From the NCBI GenBank assembly GCA_964504345.1, contig CAZDDX010000006.1, forward strand, positions 14,754 to 78,753: a stretch of DNA of 64,000 nt, given 5' to 3'. The position numbers and the translations under genes are program-made. Origin of the DNA: an uncultured Owenweeksia sp. GTDB lineage: Bacteria; Bacteroidota; Bacteroidia; Flavobacteriales; Schleiferiaceae. Positions 54,618 to 64,000 of the stretch are shown in pieces (position 1 is the first letter of the stretch; each line of letters starts with the position of its first letter). The notes beneath the pieces are model-generated. The model worked only from the letters and a program-made list of their open reading frames with translations. It searched no databases and was not told the DNA's origin.

Positions 54618-55844
54618 TTACAAACGAGCGCGCAGCTCGGTGTCCAACGCGTCCAAAAACTCTTCCGTGTACAAGAAGTGCTCTCCGTGGCGAACGTCGT
54701 TGCCGTGCACGCAAACGGCCAAATCTTTGGTCATTTTGCCGGACTCCACAACATCCACGCACACCTGCTCCAACGTTTCGCAGAAGTGGATCAATTCGGC
54801 ATTGCCATCCAACTTGCCGCGGTGGGCCAAGCCTCGGGTCCACGCAAAAATGGACGCAATGGGATTGGTGCTGGTGGGCTTGCCTTGTTGGTGCATGCGG
54901 AAGTGGCGAGTTACGGTTCCGTGCGCAGCCTCAGACTCCAGCGTTTTGCCGTCGGGGGTCACCAAAACAGACGTCATCAAACCGAGCGAGCCAAAACCCT
55001 GTGCCACGGTGTCGGACTGAACGTCGCCGTCGTAGTTCTTGCATGCCCAGATGAAGCCTCCCTCCCACTTGAGGGCGGAAGCCACCATGTCGTCGATCAA
55101 TCGGTGCTCGTATACAATTCCGGCAGCCTCAAAGCGGGCCTTAAATTCCGCTTCGTACAATTCTTGAAAGATGTCTTTGAACCGACCGTCGTACTTTTTA
55201 AGGATGGTGTTCTTCGTGCTCAAGTACAGCGGCCAATTCTTTTGCAGCGCCAAGTTGAAGCAGCTGCGGGCAAAACCCGCAATGCTCTCGTCCGTATTGT
55301 ACATGCTCAGGGCAACACCGTCGCCCTTGAAGTTGTACACCTCCCAAGACTGCGGCTCGCCGCCGTCCTCAGGGGTAAACGTCATCGTGAGTTTGCCTTT
55401 GCCCTTGATTACGGCATCCGTCGCGCGGTACTGATCGCCAAAGGCGTGGCGTCCAATGACAATGGGCTTGTTCCAAGTGGTGACCAAACGGGGAACGTTG
55501 GCACAAATGATGGGCTCGCGGAAGACCGTACCGTCCAAAATGTTGCGAATGGTGCCGTTGGGGGACTTCCACATTTGCTTCAGGCTGAACTCCTTCACGC
55601 GGTTTTCGTCCGGCGTGATGGTGGCGCACTTGATGCCCACGTTGTAGTGTTTGATTGCCTCCGCAGCGTCCACCGTCACTTGGTCGTTGGTGGCATCGCG
55701 GTTTTCCATGCCCAAATCGTAGTACTTTATGTCTAGATCGACGTACGGCAGAATAAGTTTATTTTTGATGAAAGACCAGATGATGCGGGTCATTTCATCG
55801 CCGTCGAGCTCGACGACCGGGTTGGCTACAGCAATTTTTTTCAT
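54618..55844 (-). CDS. icd: NADP-dependent isocitrate dehydrogenase (eukaryote-like homodimeric type)
   Basis: [23 protein letters not shown]... 408 aa. Confidence 0.95.
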   Translation of the reverse strand: MKKIAVANPVVELDGDEMTRIIWSFIKNKLILPYVDLDIKYYDLGMENRDATNDQVTVDAAEAIKHYNVGIKCATITPDENRVKEFSLKQMWKSPNGTIRNILDGTVFREPIICANVPRLVTTWNKPIVIGRHAFGDQYRATDAVIKGKGKLTMTFTPEDGGEPQSWEVYNFKGDGVALSMYNTDESIAGFARSCFNLALQKNWPLYLSTKNTILKKYDGRFKDIFQELYEAEFKARFEAAGIVYEHRLIDDMVASALKWEGGFIWACKNYDGDVQSDTVAQGFGSLGLMTSVLVTPDGKTLESEAAHGTVTRHFRMHQQGKPTSTNPIASIFAWTRGLAHRGKLDGNAELIHFCETLEQVCVDVVESGKMTKDLAVCVHGNDVRHGEHFLYTEEFLDALDTELRARL

Positions 55845-55851
55845 GATTGTG

Positions 55852-55859
55852 CAAAATTA
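55852..55859 (-). promoter_or_regulatory. -7 box TAATTTTG for icd
   Basis: TAnnTTTG match 7 nt from ATG 55844. It lies in the last 3 nt of the dnaX tau segment and the 5 nt downstream of it. Confidence 0.5.
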
Positions 55860-56677
55860 CTCGATATCGAGCTGGAATGTTTGACGAAAATCGTGGAGAA
55901 GTGGATTTTTTTCAGCTAAATAGGCAAATCGCTCGTCCGGTGTATAAACCACCTTGGCAGCAGCTTCCCGCGACACATCCACCACGATGTCGATGCTGTC
56001 GTTCTGCAAACCTTCGCGCAAGAATTGAAGCATGGAATCGCGTTGCTCGGCCGTATACTTCTCTTGAATGGCATTGCTCACCGTAAGCTGAACGCGGTGT
56101 TCCGGGTCCACCTCCACCACCATAGACTCCAGCAAGGCCTGCACGGCGGGCTGATGGGCTAAGCTGGCCACGTATTCGGCCCATACCCGGCGTAAATCAC
56201 CCAGGTGGTAGGCGTTGTCACGTTTCGCCGGGCGAACCTCCACCGGAGCGTTTGGAACGGCCCCTCCCTCAAGAGCTTTCGGATTTTCCAGGGCATCGGA
56301 TGCGCCCGAAACCGCATTGGACCCTCGTTCCGGAGTTTGCAATTGCGCCAAGGAGAAGGCACTGGTGCGGCGAATGGAGGGTACCCCACCCGAAACTACC
56401 GCTGGTGCGGCCGATTCTGGGGCAGGGGGTGCAACGAAAGCGATAGCTTCAGGAGCCGACGGTGCCGCAACTGGATTGTTTTCAACGGACAACTGATGGT
56501 CTGGAGACAATGCCTCAGCGGATGCGCGGGCTGCTGGGGCTTCGGCTGGTGAGGTTGCTACGGACGCAACCAAGACATCGGCTTGCACTGGGCCTACCGC
56601 CGATGCAGCTAGAGATGGGGCATTTTGCGGGGCAGTTTCAACGACCTCCGCTGGCGACGCTACCGATTTTTTTTTTC
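55857..56677 (-). CDS. dnaX: dnaX -1 frame segment encoding the tau-specific C-terminal domains
   Basis: My translation of the -1 frame from the A-run is [38 protein letters not shown]..., continuous with track ORF 55857..56588. That ORF ends with a tau-type C-terminus (VWAEYVASLAHQPAVQALLESM...ERFAYLAEKNPLLHDFRQTFQLDIE). Confidence 0.75.
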
Positions 56678-57748
56678 GGCGTCCCCGCCGTCGTACTCCG
56701 GCGATTCCGCCATGTCCAGAAGGGCCACCTCCGTGAGGAGCCTCGGATTACTGGAGGTTTTGTACTTGGACTCGGCCTCGGTGATCCGACGGAGCGCACG
56801 TGCAAAGAAGGCCAAAGATGCCGCACCGGACTGTACCTTGAATTTCTCTTTGATGGAGGCTGGCCATTCCATCAAGCCCACCGTCTGGGGATGCACCGCC
56901 AGCATCACGTCCCGAAGATGGGACGCCAATCCAATGACAAATTGATGACCGTCGAACCCGCGCTCCAAAACCTGATGGAAACGCACCAAAACGCCGGGCA
57001 CATCGTGGGCAATCAACGAATCAACGACGGAAAAATAAACGTCGTGGTCCAATATTTGGAGGTTGTCCACCACGGAGGTATACGTGATGTTGCCCTGGGC
57101 AAAACTCGCCACACGGTCAAAAATAGAAAGCGAGTCGCGCAAAGCACCGTCGGCCTTGATGGCGATGGCGTGCAAGGCTTCTGGTTCTGCGGAAATGCCT
57201 TCTTTGGACGCCACAAAAGCCAAGTGGGATGCGATGTCCTCAACCCCTATGCGTTTGAAATCAAATATTTGACAACGCGATAGAATCGTGGGAAGCACCT
57301 TGTGTTTTTCCGTGGTTGCCAGGATAAAAATGGCGTGACGCGGAGGTTCTTCCAACGTTTTCAAAAAGGCATTAAAGGCCGCCTGGGACAACATGTGTAC
57401 CTCGTCGATGATGTACACCTTGTATTGGCCCACGGCCGGCGCTATGCGCACGCTGTCCGTGATGGATCGAATTTCCTCCACACTGTTGTTGGAGGCTGCG
57501 TCCAGCTCAAAGATGTTCAATCCTACATCCGCACCCGGCTCGACGGTGGATTCGTTGATGATTTTGGCCAAAATTCGAGCGCAGGTAGTTTTGCCAACGC
57601 CTCGTGGCCCACAAAACAACATTGCCTGCGGAATCCGCCCGGACTGCACCGCGTGCTCCAAAGTTTCGGTAATGTGGGACTGCCCCACCACCGACTCAAA
57701 TCGCTGCGGCCGATACTTTCGAGCCGATACCGTATATCCCGTTTCCAC
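56660..57748 (-). CDS. dnaX: DNA polymerase III subunit gamma/tau, 0-frame product (gamma-like, 362 aa)
   Basis: GTG start, [13 protein letters not shown], Walker [19 protein letters not shown]. The 0-frame ends ...GGDAEKKNR-stop, immediately after an A10 run. Confidence 0.9.
   Translation of the reverse strand: METGYTVSARKYRPQRFESVVGQSHITETLEHAVQSGRIPQAMLFCGPRGVGKTTCARILAKIINESTVEPGADVGLNIFELDAASNNSVEEIRSITDSVRIAPAVGQYKVYIIDEVHMLSQAAFNAFLKTLEEPPRHAIFILATTEKHKVLPTILSRCQIFDFKRIGVEDIASHLAFVASKEGISAEPEALHAIAIKADGALRDSLSIFDRVASFAQGNITYTSVVDNLQILDHDVYFSVVDSLIAHDVPGVLVRFHQVLERGFDGHQFVIGLASHLRDVMLAVHPQTVGLMEWPASIKEKFKVQSGAASLAFFARALRRITEAESKYKTSSNPRLLTEVALLDMAESPEYDGGDAEKKNR
56667..56676 (-). other. 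dnaX: A10 homopolymer (A AAA AAA slippery heptamer) at the dnaX gamma/tau junction
   Basis: The plus strand shows T10 at 56667-56676. The 0-frame codons are GAA AAA AAA AAU CGG UAG. The -1 frame is open from here to 55857. Confidence 0.85.
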
Positions 57749-57752
57749 ATTC

Positions 57753-57760
57753 CAAAGATA
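57753..57760 (-). promoter_or_regulatory. -7 box TATCTTTG for dnaX
   Basis: TAnnTTTG match 4 nt from the GTG start at 57748. Confidence 0.45.
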
Positions 57761-57765
57761 AGTCG

Positions 57766-57773
57766 TATATTTG
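57766..57773 (+). promoter_or_regulatory. -7 box TATATTTG for rpsF-rpsR-rplI
   Basis: TAnnTTTG match 23 nt upstream of ATG 57797. Confidence 0.5.
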
Positions 57774-57796
57774 CAGCCCTAAAAAATTCATTTCAA

Positions 57797-58132
57797 ATGA
57801 ATCAGTACGAAACCGTTTTCATTTTGAATCCCGTCTTATCTGATGATCAGGTAAGGGAAACGGTTGATAAATTCACAGGCCTACTAAAGGGCGCTGGTGC
57901 TGAAATTATCAACGTTGAAAAGTGGGGCTTGAAAAAGCTCGCTTACCTTATCGACAAGAAGAAAAGCGGATTCTACCAGCTGGTGGAATTCAAAGCACCG
58001 GCCACAGCCATCGCACCGATGGAAGTAGAAATGCGTCGCGACGAGCGCGTTATGAGATTCCTGACTGTCCGCCTGGACAAGCACGGAGTGGAGTACGCCG
58101 CTAAACGTCGGAGCAAAGTTGCCAACAAATAA
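57797..58132 (+). CDS. rpsF: 30S ribosomal protein S6
   Basis: The internal ATG gives [19 protein letters not shown]... Confidence 0.93.
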   Translation: MNQYETVFILNPVLSDDQVRETVDKFTGLLKGAGAEIINVEKWGLKKLAYLIDKKKSGFYQLVEFKAPATAIAPMEVEMRRDERVMRFLTVRLDKHGVEYAAKRRSKVANK

Positions 58133-58143
58133 TCCCGTTGAAA

Positions 58144-58440
58144 ATGAGCACGATTGAAAGCACCAACGCGGCGGCTCCCAGCGGAGAAGTTCGCTACTTG
58201 CAGCCGATTGCGATCGACACAAACAACAAAAAGAAGTATTGCCGCTTCAAGAAGTACGGCATCAAGCACATCGACCACAAAGACCCTGAGTTTTTGTTGC
58301 GTTTTTTGAACGAGCAAGGAAAAATCCTTCCCCGTCGCTTGACCGGAACCTCTTTGAAGTACCAGCGCAAACTTTCTCAAGCCGTGAAGCGCGCCCGTCA
58401 CTTGGGTCTGATGCCGTACGTGGCCGATAACTTGAAATAA
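58144..58440 (+). CDS. rpsR: 30S ribosomal protein S18
   Basis: [39 protein letters not shown]. The start is ATG 58144, or TTG 58138 as in the track. Confidence 0.92.
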   Translation: MSTIESTNAAAPSGEVRYLQPIAIDTNNKKKYCRFKKYGIKHIDHKDPEFLLRFLNEQGKILPRRLTGTSLKYQRKLSQAVKRARHLGLMPYVADNLK

Positions 58441-58449
58441 GCCCGTCCC

Positions 58450-58902
58450 ATGGAAGTAATTTTGAAACAAGACGTCGAGAACCTTGGGTTTAAAGACGAT
58501 ATGGTAGTGGTGAAGCCCGGTTACGGCCGCAACTTCCTGCTCCCTACTGGACAGGCCATTTTGGCTACTCCTTCTGCTAAGAAAATGTTGGCCGAAGATT
58601 TGAAGCAGCGTGCGCACAAAGAAGCCAAGGTTATTGCTGATGCAACCGCTATGGCTGAAAACCTCAAGCGCATTGAATTGAAGTTAACTTCTTCTTCCGG
58701 TAAGGGCGGCAAGCTGTTTGGTGCCGTAACTAACCACCACATGGCAGAAGAGTTGAGCAAACTGGGCTACGCAATCGATAAGAAATTCATCACCATCATT
58801 GGCGGCACCGTGAAGACGGCCGGCAAGTATTCGTCCAAAATTCGCTTGCACCGCACGGTGACAATTGACTTTGGTTTTGAAGTGATTGGTCAAGAATCTT
58901 GA
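58450..58902 (+). CDS. rplI: 50S ribosomal protein L9
   Basis: MEVILKQDVENLGFKDDMVVVKPGYGRNFLLP. Confidence 0.95.
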   Translation: MEVILKQDVENLGFKDDMVVVKPGYGRNFLLPTGQAILATPSAKKMLAEDLKQRAHKEAKVIADATAMAENLKRIELKLTSSSGKGGKLFGAVTNHHMAEELSKLGYAIDKKFITIIGGTVKTAGKYSSKIRLHRTVTIDFGFEVIGQES

Positions 58903-58926
58903 TTGAAGCGAATCCAATGAATAATC

Positions 58927-58955
58927 AAAACCGCCCCACTGGGGCGGTTTTTTTT
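58927..58955 (+). terminator. intrinsic terminator after rplI
   Basis: The sequence aaaaCCGCCCCactGGGGCGGtttttttt has a 7-bp GC stem, a 3-nt loop and a T-run. Confidence 0.8.
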
Positions 58956-59075
58956 GCACCCTACTTTTCACCCCCACACGCCTGGGACGGAAGCCATGGT
59001 CGCACATTCCGTGCACTTCTGCAAATCACCCCTGCTCTGTTGCGTACGCTCCCAAGGCGCTGTACCTTCGGGCTT

Positions 59076-61112
59076 ATGGCCAAGAAGTCATCTCCTTTCC
59101 CAAAGTCAGCACCCACACCCCAACCGCAAAAGGAGTCGGCAGGTTTGCCTCTCGGTAAATCGTTTGAGGATGGTTCGGTTTGGATTGCAGCCATCGTGGG
59201 AATGTTGTTTCTGTACCCTGCTGCGTGGAACTCCAGCCAAACCTTGGGAGACGCGTCCCTATGGCCCTTACTGCTCTCCGGGGCAGGTTTGGGGGTCGTC
59301 GGGGCTCTGTGGAGCTTTCGTGGCGCTGCAGCCCCGTGCACGAATGCAGCGGGAGCTTCCCTGGCACTGACGCTGTTGGTGTCCTTGTCGGTACTGGGAT
59401 TGCCGCGTGCCTATGCCGTCTCCGAGTGGTGGGGCAGTGTGGCCCGATTGTCGGTGTATGCCGGAATCGTGTGGGCCGCGGGGCGTTTGTTTGCTCAAGG
59501 TAAAATAACCTATGCGCACTTAGCCGCGTTTGGGACTGGGTCTGCTTTGGTGTTGGCCTGCAGTGTTTTTCTGGACTGGAAGGAAGTCGGTGTTCTGAAT
59601 GCCTGGAAGGATCCCTACGGAGCACCGGGCCTTTTGGGGCACAAAAACTTTACGGCCTCCGCCCTACTGCTCGGTTTCTGGGGGGCACTTTACGCGATTC
59701 AAGTACAGACCTCCTCGCGCAATTGGCGGATTTTTGCCGGGATTGTCGCCGTTTTGGCGGCCTTGGCCCTGGCCCTTTTGCGCACCCGAAGCGTCTGGGT
59801 GGGTTTGGCGTTGGGAGGTTTGTTCTGGCTGTGGAACAGCAACACCAGCTGGAAGGCCACCCTGAGACGCGCGGCTTGGCCGATGGGTATTTTTTTGATC
59901 GTTGTGGTGGGAGCCGTGCTCCAACCGTCGATTCAGAAAGCGGTGTTCAACCCCCAGAATTTGCGCATTCGCGCGGTTTTTTGGGACCACAGTTTGCAAA
60001 TGGTGGCGGAAAACCCGTGGACCGGGGTGGGTGCTGGCCAGTGGGGAATTCATTTCCCAGGGTACGGTTTGGACGGGATGGATCCTCTGGTGTCTGAGGG
60101 CATCACGGCTGAAGTGCGTCCCCACAACGATTTTTTGTGGATTGCGAGCGAGTTTGGCTGGCCCGGATTGGGGGCGTTTTTGGCGCTTTGGCTCTTTGTA
60201 CTTTACTACGCCTACCGCGCGCCCCGGGGAACCGAAAAAGCCTATCTGGTTGCGCTTTTGACTGGTGTTTTTGTCTACAGTCTTTTTGAATTTCCCTTGG
60301 AACGAGCCGCCGTCTCCATCCCTTGGGTTCTTGGGATTGCCGCCTTGGGACAACTTTCCGGCCCCGAGATGAAAATTTCCTGGATGCCAAAATGGGCTAC
60401 CGGAATTTTGGCCTTGGCCCTGCTCCTTCCTGCTGCGTACGTAGTGGAGCAGCGTCGTGCTGGCACCGAGCAAAATGCAGCCGTATTGGCTGCCAATGCG
60501 CGTCAAAACGCGGAAGAATTATTGCAGACCTCGTCGGTCGCATTTACCCCTTGGAACGAAATCGATCGGTTTGGAAATCCTTTGCCCTATTTCCAAGGGA
60601 TGGGCGCCCTTTTTGTGGAGGCACAACAGACAAACGACCCAACCTTTGCGCAAGCTGAGGCCTATTTCCGGACGGCACTGGCACTCCACCCCAATCATTT
60701 GTTGAGCTACAATCAGCTTGGGAACTTGAGTAAGTACCGCGGAAAGCCGGCCGAGGCACTGCCGCATTATTTAGAAGCACTCAAACGTTCTCACGATTTC
60801 GGTTCCGCCCGTTTGGGCCTAGCTGAGTGTTTGTTGGACTTGAATAGGACGGATTCCGCCGGACGCGTACTGTTTGAGTCCTTTGGGGTTTCTACCAACG
60901 GTACCACCCAAGAGATTCGGAAGGACCCGCGGTACCGAGTGGCCGTGGAACGATGGGTGGTACAAGCCGCAACAGCCCCTATTCGCTATCGCCCTTTGGT
61001 TCCGATTGCCGGCCGGAAGTACGAAACTCCAGAATCCGGTTTTGCCGCGTTTGAAGCTGCGAAAGACGCCGCCTTAGTAAGGGATCAAGCAAAAAGGAAC
61101 GCCCCGCGCTGA
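59076..61112 (+). CDS. O-antigen ligase/Wzy_C family membrane protein with C-terminal TPR domain
   Basis: The internal ATG lies downstream of the rplI terminator. There are about 10-12 helices, the RPHNDFLWIASEFGWPG loop motif, and a TPR-like tail (ALHPNHLLSYNQLGNLSKYRGKPAEALPHYLEALK). Confidence 0.8.
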   Translation: MAKKSSPFPKSAPTPQPQKESAGLPLGKSFEDGSVWIAAIVGMLFLYPAAWNSSQTLGDASLWPLLLSGAGLGVVGALWSFRGAAAPCTNAAGASLALTLLVSLSVLGLPRAYAVSEWWGSVARLSVYAGIVWAAGRLFAQGKITYAHLAAFGTGSALVLACSVFLDWKEVGVLNAWKDPYGAPGLLGHKNFTASALLLGFWGALYAIQVQTSSRNWRIFAGIVAVLAALALALLRTRSVWVGLALGGLFWLWNSNTSWKATLRRAAWPMGIFLIVVVGAVLQPSIQKAVFNPQNLRIRAVFWDHSLQMVAENPWTGVGAGQWGIHFPGYGLDGMDPLVSEGITAEVRPHNDFLWIASEFGWPGLGAFLALWLFVLYYAYRAPRGTEKAYLVALLTGVFVYSLFEFPLERAAVSIPWVLGIAALGQLSGPEMKISWMPKWATGILALALLLPAAYVVEQRRAGTEQNAAVLAANARQNAEELLQTSSVAFTPWNEIDRFGNPLPYFQGMGALFVEAQQTNDPTFAQAEAYFRTALALHPNHLLSYNQLGNLSKYRGKPAEALPHYLEALKRSHDFGSARLGLAECLLDLNRTDSAGRVLFESFGVSTNGTTQEIRKDPRYRVAVERWVVQAATAPIRYRPLVPIAGRKYETPESGFAAFEAAKDAALVRDQAKRNAPR

Positions 61113-61144
61113 ACGCTTTCCCATAATTCCATTCAATCGCCTAC

Positions 61145-61912
61145 TTACTTCCAATCAACGGATACTGGGACGTGGTCTGATCCGCTAACCTCCGGGTGAA
61201 TGCGCGAAGCCTCCAGTCGGTGGGCCATGCGTTCGCTGACCACCCAATAATCCAAGCGCCAGCCGATATTGTTCTCGCGCGCTCCGCCGCGGTAGCTCCA
61301 CCAGGAATACTCCACACGATCCGGATGCAAATGCCGGAATGAGTCCAAAAATCCAGCCTGCAACAAATTCGTGAAGCCGTCGATTTCCACTTGGGTGTAG
61401 CCAGGGGTCTTGTTGTAGTTCGCCTTGGGCCGTGCCAAGTCCATCGGCTGGTGCGCCACGTTTAAATCTCCGCCAAAAAAGACGGGTTTTTCGCGGTCCA
61501 AATCAGACAAAAACGCGGTTAGGTCGCGGTCCCAAGTGCTTCGGTAGGGCAATCGGGCCAATTCTCCGCCGCTGTTGGGCACGTACGAGATAACCACCCA
61601 AAAATCCGGAAATTCGGCCGCGAGTAAGCGTCCTTCAGTGTTGTGCTCTGCTTGCGGAAGATCCCGAATCACGCGCAGCGGGGCGGTTCGGGAAAGCAGT
61701 GCCGTCCCGGAGTACCCTTTTCGTTCGGCCGAAGAAGCTTCGACGTGCCAACCGTCGGCCAAAAAGGGCTGTAGCACCTCGGCCACCTGATCTTCGGTTG
61801 CCTTTGTCTCTTGCAGTCCAATGACGTCCGCACCCAAGGTGTTCAATTGCTGCAAAAGTCCTTTACCGGCGACGGCTCGAATGCCGTTTACGTTCCACGA
61901 AACAAAGCGCAT
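61145..61912 (-). CDS. xth: exodeoxyribonuclease III
   Basis: MRFVSWNVNGIRA...GLQETK...SDHVPV. Confidence 0.93.
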   Translation of the reverse strand: MRFVSWNVNGIRAVAGKGLLQQLNTLGADVIGLQETKATEDQVAEVLQPFLADGWHVEASSAERKGYSGTALLSRTAPLRVIRDLPQAEHNTEGRLLAAEFPDFWVVISYVPNSGGELARLPYRSTWDRDLTAFLSDLDREKPVFFGGDLNVAHQPMDLARPKANYNKTPGYTQVEIDGFTNLLQAGFLDSFRHLHPDRVEYSWWSYRGGARENNIGWRLDYWVVSERMAHRLEASRIHPEVSGSDHVPVSVDWK

Positions 61913-61945
61913 GTTGAAAAATTTCTCGTTAATGACTCAACTGAA

Positions 61946-64000
61946 TTACATATTGCGTCGGTACTGACCGCCTACCCCAAAGAGCGAATGGGTCATTTGG
62001 CCCAGCGAGCATACTTTGCCGGCTTCCATCAACGCATCAAAAATATTCTGATTGCGGATGGCGGCGTCTTGCATGGTGCGCAACAAGGCCTCGCTGCGCT
62101 CGGCCTGCACCCGTTGCAGGGTCTCTACCGTCGCAATTTGATCCTCCTTCTCGGCCTCCGTGGCACGGATGACCTCGCCCGGAACCACCGTGGGGGATCC
62201 CTTGCTGCTGAGGAAGGTGTTCACGCCAATGATGGGGTACTCTCCGGTGTGCTTCAAGGTTTCGTAGTAAAGCGATTCCTCCTGAATTTTGCCACGCTGG
62301 TACATGGTTTCCATGGCGCCCAACACGCCGCCGCGCTCTGTCAGTCGGTCAAATTCCAACAGGACAGCCTCCTCTACTAAATTCGTCAATTCGTCGATGA
62401 TGAACGATCCCTGCAGCGGGTTTTCGTTCTTGGCCAATCCCAACTCGCGGTTGATGATGAGCTGAATGGCCATGGCCCGGCGCACGCTTTCTTCTGTGGG
62501 CGTGGTGATGGCCTCATCGTAGGCGTTGGTGTGGAGGGAATTGCAGTTGTCGTAGATGGCGTAGAGGGCCTGCAGTGTGGTGCGGATGTCGTTGAAGTCA
62601 ATTTCCTGGGCGTGGAGCGAGCGTCCCGACGTTTGGATGTGGTACTTCAGCATTTGCGCGCGAGGATCTGCCCCGTACTTCCGCTTGAGGGCCTTGGCCC
62701 AGATCCGTCGGGCCACCCGACCAATCACGGCGTATTCTGGATCCACCCCGTTGCTGAAGAAGAAACTCAAGTTGGGCCCAAACGCGTTGATGTCCATGCC
62801 GCGGCTCAAGTAGTACTCCACATAGGTGAAGCCGTTGGCCAGGGTGAAGGCCAATTGGGTGATGGGGTTGGCACCGGCTTCCGCAATGTGGTAACCAGAA
62901 ATGGACACCGAATAAAAGTTGCGAACGTTGTGGCGAATGAAATACTCCTGCACGTCGCCCATCAACCGCAAGGCAAACTCTGTGGAGAAAATGCAGGTGT
63001 TTTGGGCCTGGTCTTCTTTCAATATGTCTGCTTGTACGGTTCCACGCACGGTGGAGAGGGCTTCCGCTTTCAGGCGTCCGTATACCTCTGCTGGCAGGAC
63101 TTCATCGCCGGTAACGCCCAAGAGCAGCAAGCCCAAGCCGTTGTTTCCTTCGGGAAGGGTTCCGTGGTAGCGGGGGCGTTCCAGGCCTTTGTCGTCGTAT
63201 TTGGCCTTCAGTACGCGTTCCACTTCTGCTTCTAAGCCTTCCGCTCGGATGTACTTTTCGCACGCTTGGTCCACCGCCGCATTCAAGAAGAAGCTCAACA
63301 GCATGGGCGCTGGGCCGTTGATGGTCATGGAAACGGACGTGGACGGATTGCACAAGTCAAATCCGCTGTACAACTTTTTGGCGTCGTCCAAACAACAAAT
63401 GCTCACCCCCGCGTTGCCAATTTTACCGTAGATGTCCGGTCTGCGTCCGGGGTCGTTGCCGTACAGGGTTACGGAGTCAAAGGCCGTGGAGAGACGCTTG
63501 GCGGGAAGTCCCAGCGATACGTAGTGGAACCGCTTGTTGGTGCGCTCGGGGCCACCTTCGCCCGCAAACATGCGCGTGGGGTCCTCTCCGTCGCGCTTGA
63601 AGGGGTAAATGCCCGCGGTGTATGGAAATTCACCGGGAACGTTTTCTTGAAGCATCCACTTCAGCAAATCGCCCCACGCTTTGAAGGACGGAGTCACAAC
63701 GCGCGGAATGCGCTGCTGGGCCAAAGAGACGGTGTGCGTAGGGACTTGGATGGCTTTGCCGCGCACGTGGTACACGTATTCGTCTGCCTTGTACTTCTCG
63801 CGTACCTGCGGCCACGCCTGAAGCGCATCCCACAAGTGAGGATCCAAGTCCCGCTTGCGGCGTTCCATTTCTTCTTGAACACCTTTGATCAGACGATCGG
63901 CGTCTTCCATTTTGGAGGAACGAAGTACCTCCAGTGTTCCATTCAAGGCATAAAGTTGATCCGCCACGCGGGCTTGATCTTCTACCCAATGGTCGTAAGC
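61946..64000 (-). CDS. icmF: methylmalonyl-CoA mutase family large protein, IcmF-like (substrate-binding barrel portion); the N-terminus lies beyond the window end
   Basis: [39 protein letters not shown] and following mutase motifs. The frame remains open upstream of the track start to position 64000 ([12 protein letters not shown]...). Confidence 0.85.
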   Translation of the reverse strand, partial: AYDHWVEDQARVADQLYALNGTLEVLRSSKMEDADRLIKGVQEEMERRKRDLDPHLWDALQAWPQVREKYKADEYVYHVRGKAIQVPTHTVSLAQQRIPRVVTPSFKAWGDLLKWMLQENVPGEFPYTAGIYPFKRDGEDPTRMFAGEGGPERTNKRFHYVSLGLPAKRLSTAFDSVTLYGNDPGRRPDIYGKIGNAGVSICCLDDAKKLYSGFDLCNPSTSVSMTINGPAPMLLSFFLNAAVDQACEKYIRAEGLEAEVERVLKAKYDDKGLERPRYHGTLPEGNNGLGLLLLGVTGDEVLPAEVYGRLKAEALSTVRGTVQADILKEDQAQNTCIFSTEFALRLMGDVQEYFIRHNVRNFYSVSISGYHIAEAGANPITQLAFTLANGFTYVEYYLSRGMDINAFGPNLSFFFSNGVDPEYAVIGRVARRIWAKALKRKYGADPRAQMLKYHIQTSGRSLHAQEIDFNDIRTTLQALYAIYDNCNSLHTNAYDEAITTPTEESVRRAMAIQLIINRELGLAKNENPLQGSFIIDELTNLVEEAVLLEFDRLTERGGVLGAMETMYQRGKIQEESLYYETLKHTGEYPIIGVNTFLSSKGSPTVVPGEVIRATEAEKEDQIATVETLQRVQAERSEALLRTMQDAAIRNQNIFDALMEAGKVCSLGQMTHSLFGVGGQYRRNM

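Noticed and set aside
54678-55736. 352-aa plus-strand ORF.
   Set aside because: It is antisense to icd, whose identity is unambiguous.
56667-56676. T10 run on the plus strand considered as an intrinsic terminator tail.
   Set aside because: No preceding GC hairpin exists on the plus strand, and it lies inside dnaX on the minus strand, where it reads as the A10 slippery run.
1-64000. Search for rRNA, tRNA, CRISPR arrays, IS elements, integrases, and phage or toxin-antitoxin modules.
   Set aside because: All intergenic gaps are short (mostly under 150 bp) and are explained by promoters or terminators. I saw no spaced direct-repeat arrays, no transposase-like or integrase-like translations, and no cloverleaf-sized conserved segments. 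The only tandem repeat is inside rho.

Overview
This 64-kb window looks like a chromosomal segment from a GC-rich member of the Bacteroidota. The assignment rests on Bacteroidota-specific families (DUF4293, DUF4920, DUF5777, the large OstA/LptD form), a Rho factor with a long N-terminal insertion, and recurrent TAnnTTTG -7 promoter boxes. I support about 60 protein genes, nearly all tightly packed housekeeping loci. They include menD-menF-thioesterase, thrS-infC-rpmI-rplT, lpdA, ridA, pabA, lptD, an Amidase_3/SPOR amidase, mlaD, an HdrDE-like Fe-S pair, ilvE, truA, rho, rnz, pyrR-pyrB, mpl, plsC, rlmI, purB, lhgO, acnA, a PBP1A, icd, dnaX, rpsF-rpsR-rplI, xth and an IcmF-like mutase. I found no rRNA, tRNA, CRISPR array, transposase or integrase. 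The main observations worth follow-up are listed here. (1) dnaX is split at an A10 run (A AAA AAA heptamer), so the 0-frame gives a gamma-like product and the -1 frame encodes the tau C-terminus. (2) Many genes have the -7 box only 4-9 nt from the start codon, implying leaderless mRNAs, and in several divergent pairs the promoter lies inside the neighbour's first codons. (3) An uncharacterised envelope cluster runs MFS, c-type haem module, YceI, DUF5777 barrel, double haem module. (4) An overlapping gene chain of FtsX-like permease, PBP1A, Wzm and Wzt lies beside a sulfotransferase and two GT2 genes. (5) A membrane HdrE/ferredoxin fusion, a CCG protein and a small conserved-cysteine protein form a trio. 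(6) A roughly 20% GC operator-like island precedes a membrane-protein/ribbon-helix-helix pair. (7) The Rho insertion contains a tandem hexapeptide repeat. All homology calls come from reading the translations, not from database searches.
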